Of a DNA stretch of 64,000 nucleotides, positions 59,121-64,000 are shown in pieces. The translations under genes and the position numbers were made by a program. Origin of the DNA: Salisapilia sapeloensis CBS 127946 (Eukaryota > Protista > Oomycota); NCBI GenBank assembly GCA_023334545.1, contig JAADVB010000003.1:114317-178316 (forward strand), written 5' to 3'. How positions within the stretch are numbered: position 1 is the first letter of the stretch; each line of letters opens with the position of its first letter. The notes under the pieces were generated by a model. The model ran no database searches and had not been told where the DNA came from. It saw nothing but the letters and a program-made list of their open reading frames with translations.

Positions 59121-60270
59121 CTACTTGCGTGTGGGCGCTTGGTTCTGTGGGAGAGCCTTGCCGTATCCGGAGCGGAAGTTGGTGCCCATCGAACCAGCAT
59201 CGTCGTTGTTCTGCTTGGTCGAAGGCTTGGCCCATTCGAGCTTGAGAATCAAGTGATCATAACCATAGCCTTGTAGCTTTTGCAATGCCTTCTCAGCATC
59301 CTCCCGATGAATGAAGCTGACGAACGCAAATCCTCGAGACTGGAACGTTTCCCTGTCCTTGGCCAAGTATACCCTCGACACTGGTCCGAACGCACGGAAG
59401 AGCTCCTTCAAGTCATCTTCACGCGTATCCGGCGACACGTTCGTAACACGCAACGTCGCATTCTCACCTTCATCCCTGCTGGCTTCACTGCCACCTTCGG
59501 CCACACGGCCACGGAGGCTAGGAGGCACGTAACGGCCAGAGCCAAAGGCGTTAGCGAGAGCGGATCCGCCAGCTTCGCCCCCAGCTTCTTGCTTGGGCGC
59601 ATCTTCGGCGGGAGGAGCGTCGCCAGGAGGGATCTCGCCCACGGCCGAGTCCTTGTATGGACACTTAAGCGTCCAGTGATCTCCAACCATACCACAATGA
59701 CGGCACACAACGATAGACTATATAAAAGTGTGAGCTTGATGGAATTTGTAGGAGAAGTGGAAGTACATACCGAGTTCTTGACACCAGCAAAGACGCTCTC
59801 CTCCTCCTTCTTTTCGCCTGGCAAGATCTGGTCGGCATTCGGATCTTCCAAATGGACCTCTTCATAAGATGTGTACGTGACGTTTCCACCATCGCCATCT
59901 TCCGCGGCATCACCGAACTTTTGCCAGTGCTAGAATCGAGTATAAATGAGTATTTGTTTACTTTTAAGTATGAAATTGAGAGATAAGGCAACATACACGA
60001 CGTTCAAGAGCTCTCTTGCTCATACGAGTGACTTCCGTCACCTTCTGCACTTGCTTGGTGACTTTGACTTTTTGTCCAGCTTCATTAAACTTCCACTCGA
60101 CGACCGTCCGGACGCCATTGGCATCCGGTGCGCTCTCCGTACGTTCCGGAAGAACGTCTATTTTACACACAAGGACACATGAGTATATATGTTTGTATAT
60201 TCGACGTATAAAGGCATCGTATAAGCACAGTACCATCATCTTCGTCTCCCCAGCGACCTGAAATCGGCAT
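59121..60270 (-). CDS. EIF3G: Eukaryotic translation initiation factor 3 subunit G, 4 exons
   Basis: MPISGRWGDED; CRHCGMVGDHWTLKCPY zinc knuckle; RRM TLRVTNVS...SRGFAFVSF...GYGYDHLILKLEWAKP. Confidence 0.95.
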
Positions 60271-60376
60271 CTTTTCTTGTATCGTGTGCGTAGTGGCCAA
60301 TCACAATTATTCTGTCTTTGACATCGATGGTACATCTGACCAGCTCCATCTGGATGCCGATTCGATTGTGTCGACG

Positions 60377-62328
60377 ATGGCTCGACTCGGCTCAACTGGA
60401 GCGCAGGTATTAGAAGGAACGACTTTGTTAGTGCTTGTGCTATGGGCTTGTTTGGTAGCGTATGATGTACTGGAGACAGAGTTGCAGGATGCAGTAATTT
60501 GGAAGTTGTGTCTTGTGATGTCGACTATTGGGGTCACAGGTACCTTGGCCACGTTGCATGCGCAGGATAAATTACCACGTCAAGTGCTGCAGAACTCACG
60601 GTATGACGGACTTGATATTGGTGAAAGATGTGTATCGAATTAGAAGGTGGTGGATAGATCTATTAGTCGCAAGGATGGAGGAGCTGGTATCTCGATCGGA
60701 TGTGTCGTGCCTCCATTAGTCCTCTTTACTCGATTAATTGCATCGTTAAAGTTGAATGGAGATGTACCAGGTACTAAAAGCACATTTTACCTGCTAATAC
60801 ACAAGAAAAATAACAAAATATGCACTAGTATGGATGGTTTTATATGCATGGACAAGTGCTACTGCCAGCGCAAGTGCCTATCTCCGGTACATTGTCTTTC
60901 GATCAGATAGACTGGATGTTGCTTTATTGATTGATGGAGTCCTCTTACCTATAATTGGCGCCATGATCGGCGTTGAAAATGGTACTCTACTCGGCTATAA
61001 CGTCCAAACGATCTTCCTCTTACGACATCAATAGACTTAAAGTGGACGCTACCGTTATTGACACGCTTTGCAATCAGCTTACTCGTAAAGAAAGGCATGG
61101 CAACATTTCCACGCTCGTTTACGCTTGGCGAAGCACTCATGGTGTCCCAAGGTATCGCTATCTTCGCACTGGACGCCGTCATCTACTTTCTATTCAAAGT
61201 ATTCCTATCGTATTCTTGGTAATGACCATAAGCTGACGTTCTTGTAGCTTGTTGAAACAAGTAGGCTACAGGCGATACCCATAGCTATCGTTTCGTGGGC
61301 AATCACACCCGAGTCTATGCACCGGGAGGACTATGTCCGAGCACTGCATGTCGGAATGCTAGGCTCTCTCATCGTTGCCTTCCTGCTACAGCCAATCCTT
61401 CGACAGCGCGGGACTGCATCTCCAATGAAGATTGCACGCCCACTCCCATTCATAGCATGTGGTGCCTTCACTGCGATTACAACGGCAGCCATCTACCTCA
61501 TCCTGCTTCCATGGATACGTCTGCTACTAGGACAAGAGTATCCTTTCATCTGGCTAGCTCACTTTATCCTCAATTCGACAACACGAGTGCAGCTCTGCAT
61601 GTTCTGGATCGCAGGACTATCGATCCTCATCCCAACATTCGCTATCGTGATCTATCGTTTCCAACTACGCACGATCATCGCTCGAAAGCTCTTCCACTTC
61701 CTAGCAGTCGTCCTCTTCATTCCAGCATACTATGCAGACGTACCGATGCTATCACTAAGTTATGGCGCTGCACTCAGTGTCTTCGTTGTCGTCGAGTGTA
61801 TTCGAGCAGTATCGTTTCCTCCAGTCGGACAGCACATTGCATATTTCCTACAGACGTTTGTAGATGACCGAGACGTTGGCAAGATCATCTTGACACATTC
61901 GTACTTGCTAGTCGGATGTGCACTACCACTCTGGTTATCACCTTTCGATGTTGGTAGCTGTGAATTCGTCGCCAACGCAGGCATCGTATCTTGTGTAGGA
62001 GATGCCATGGGAGCGATTGTTGGTGTCACGTATGGAAAGAGAAAAGTATGTGGCTCGAAAACGGAAGCTGGGACCATCGCAATCTTCCTTACACTTGTTG
62101 TAGCCTCTGTACTATTCCAACTAGACGTGTTCTTCTCTTACAAGGTATCCTCAGCATCAAATACACATCTAGAGTACTCGTACTCATGACTATATCATGC
62201 TACAGAGCGTTGGGCTAGTCCTCGCATCACTGCTGACGACAGCTATGGAGGTATCTACACTTCAGATTGACAACCTCGTCCTTCCGCTTTGCCTCTTCTG
62301 TGCGATTACACTTGTCAACATACACTAG
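60377..62328 (+). CDS. DOLK: Dolichol kinase, multi-exon polytopic membrane protein
   Basis: SFTLGEA, RKLFHFLAV, DRDVGKIILTHSYLLVGCALPLW, GDAMGAIVG..YG....SKT, QIDNLVLPL. Confidence 0.9.
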
Positions 62329-62394
62329 ACAAACTACAAGCACCAAAGTAGAATCAAGGATCAATCACACGTGTTTCTGCATTCACATCTTTCC

Positions 62395-64000
62395 TTACTC
62401 GACATGCAACGAAGCAAGCGCTTTCTTCAATCCGTCCATCGCCGCACGCAACGTCTCGATACCACAAGCATAGGAAATACGAAGACCGTAGACTTCACCA
62501 AAGGCTGATCCAGGCACGAGCGCGACCAAGTATTCGCGTAATAAGAACTCACAAAAGTCATCCGTGTTGCGCAGCTGCGTCGATCGATCAGGTGACCAGA
62601 CGGTCTTGTTCTCAAAGTAGTAGCTCAAGTCCATGAAGGCATAGAACGCCGACGTCGGGTGGGCATACTTGAGATGAGGGATGTCCTCGCACTTTTCGAT
62701 AACAAAGCGACGCTTCTCATCCATCACCTTTAGCACCGGAGCAATACGCTCCTCTCCCTTCTCAAGACACTCCATCTCGATCCGCAGAGCTTCACACGCA
62801 GCTACTTGTCCGACGGAACTCGCGCACGATGTGATCTGTCCCTGGAGTTTCGTACACGTCTGGACAAAGTACTTGGGTCCAGCAACGTATCCGATACGCA
62901 GGCCTGTCATGGCGTAAGACTTGGAGAAGCCATTGAGCACAAGCGTGCGTTCGTACATACCAGGCAAGGATGCAAAGCATTGATGTGATCGATGGGCACT
63001 GCCATCGTCCTGATACACAAGTTGCTCATAGATCTCGTCTGCTAGGACGACAATGTGTTGGAATTGCGGCTTACGAAGCACCGCTGCGATCTTTTCCAAG
63101 TGATCCGGCAAGTGGAGAGTGCCGGCAGGGTTGCTCGGGTTGCAGAGCACCATGGCTTTGATCTTAGGGTTCCTTGTTAAGGTCTCTTCCAACTCCTTCG
63201 GGTCGATCAAGTACCCGTCTTCAAGCTTGGTGGGTAGTACGACCGCCTCAGCGTTGACGAGCTTCACAATGGACGGGTAGCTGACCCAGTAGGGTGACGG
63301 AAGGAGAACCTGGTCACCAGGATGGCAGATGGCAAAGAGAGCCTGGTAGACACTTTGCTTCGCACCGTTGGACACGAGGATCTCAGTCATCGGGTCATAC
63401 TCGACGTTCTTGCACCTGTGGAGGTACTGTCCGATCAACTTGCGTAGCTCCAACGTACCCTTCACGTCCGTGTACTTGACGATCCCTTGTTCAAAGGCGT
63501 CCATACCAGCTCGCAGCACTCGTTCTGGAGGTGGGAAGTCCGGTTCACCAACACAGAGCGAGTGCACTTGCTTTCCTTCTGCTTCTAGCTGCTTGGTCAT
63601 GCCGTGGATGACGACTGTCTTGGACGATGGAACACGACCGAGGAGTGGGTTGAGCGGATACTTGTCTGCCATAGTCAGCTCCCCTATTTTCTTCACCGGG
63701 GCTTGTTCGAGCTGAGACTCGACAGTGTCGAGAGCTTCACGGAACTTTTGGATCTGCTGCTTGGAGTTCGGATTGAACGTGTGGAGACCACGGAAGAGCT
63801 CGAATGAGTCTTTGCACGTGTCTTCCACGAGACGCACGAGGTTTTTGAAGCCACGCGTGTCGATCGGAGTATTTTGAACACCCTGTTGACTGAGCACACG
63901 ACCGGTAAAGTGCGTGAGAAACTGACTGCTCGCAGCGTATTCGTCATGCTGCTCACACGTCATGTCGAGCATCTGACAGGCCTCAACTTCAAAGATACGA
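62395..64000 (-). CDS. TyrA (arogenate/prephenate dehydrogenase) C-terminus fused to class Ib aspartate/prephenate aminotransferase; 5' part beyond the window
   Basis: Frame open to the window edge: IFEVEACQMLDMTCEQHDEYAASSQFLTHFTGRVL...TPIDTRGF..L..LVEDT..DSFELFRGL..FNPNS (TyrA dimerisation domain), then PSSKT, GEPDF, NPSNPAG, DEIYE, GFSKSYAMTGLRIGY, LRISYA. Confidence 0.88.
   Translation of the reverse strand, partial: RIFEVEACQMLDMTCEQHDEYAASSQFLTHFTGRVLSQQGVQNTPIDTRGFKNLVRLVEDTCKDSFELFRGLHTFNPNSKQQIQKFREALDTVESQLEQAPVKKIGELTMADKYPLNPLLGRVPSSKTVVIHGMTKQLEAEGKQVHSLCVGEPDFPPPERVLRAGMDAFEQGIVKYTDVKGTLELRKLIGQYLHRCKNVEYDPMTEILVSNGAKQSVYQALFAICHPGDQVLLPSPYWVSYPSIVKLVNAEAVVLPTKLEDGYLIDPKELEETLTRNPKIKAMVLCNPSNPAGTLHLPDHLEKIAAVLRKPQFQHIVVLADEIYEQLVYQDDGSAHRSHQCFASLPGMYERTLVLNGFSKSYAMTGLRIGYVAGPKYFVQTCTKLQGQITSCASSVGQVAACEALRIEMECLEKGEERIAPVLKVMDEKRRFVIEKCEDIPHLKYAHPTSAFYAFMDLSYYFENKTVWSPDRSTQLRNTDDFCEFLLREYLVALVPGSAFGEVYGLRISYACGIETLRAAMDGLKKALASLHVE

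Overview
Eukaryotic, very gene-dense genomic window, almost certainly from an oomycete (stramenopile). The assignment rests on short 45-65 nt GT-AG introns, oomycete-type Inr/FPR and CCAAT core-promoter motifs, a mitochondrial-type FtsZ, a START-FYVE-GAF protein, GH72, and retained centriole/flagellar genes. I can support about 36 protein-coding genes, many spliced and therefore fragmented or missing in the ORF track, plus one tRNA-Ser(GCU). There is no rRNA, no CRISPR and no intact mobile element. Most genes are housekeeping: kinesin-14, PSMA6, MLH1, XPNPEP3/Icp55, NSA2, DCTN1, COQ8, ARL1, UVRAG, frataxin, cyclophilin, DRC5, TSEN34, PEX16, USP, eIF3g, DOLK. Manual splicing and motif reading gave several unusual items: (1) a multi-exon PTEN-like pseudophosphatase-C2-UIM-RING-H2 gene; (2) a TyrA dehydrogenase-prephenate aminotransferase fusion cut by the right edge; (3) an FtsZ with a MinD-like amphipathic tail and a GGGTCTG signature variant; (4) a stand-alone SPOC-like gene invisible to the ORF track, head-to-head with MLH1; (5) a STIL/Ana2-like centriole gene; (6) a SNF5-HMG-box fusion; (7) a PAS-MAPK with a TEH loop; (8) an 898-aa wHTH/CorA-like orphan. 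The only gene-poor island (about 20.6-22.7 kb) holds a 3x97-bp repeat and a decayed reading frame. All family calls come from motif recognition by eye and no database searches were run. Exon boundaries are hand-derived.
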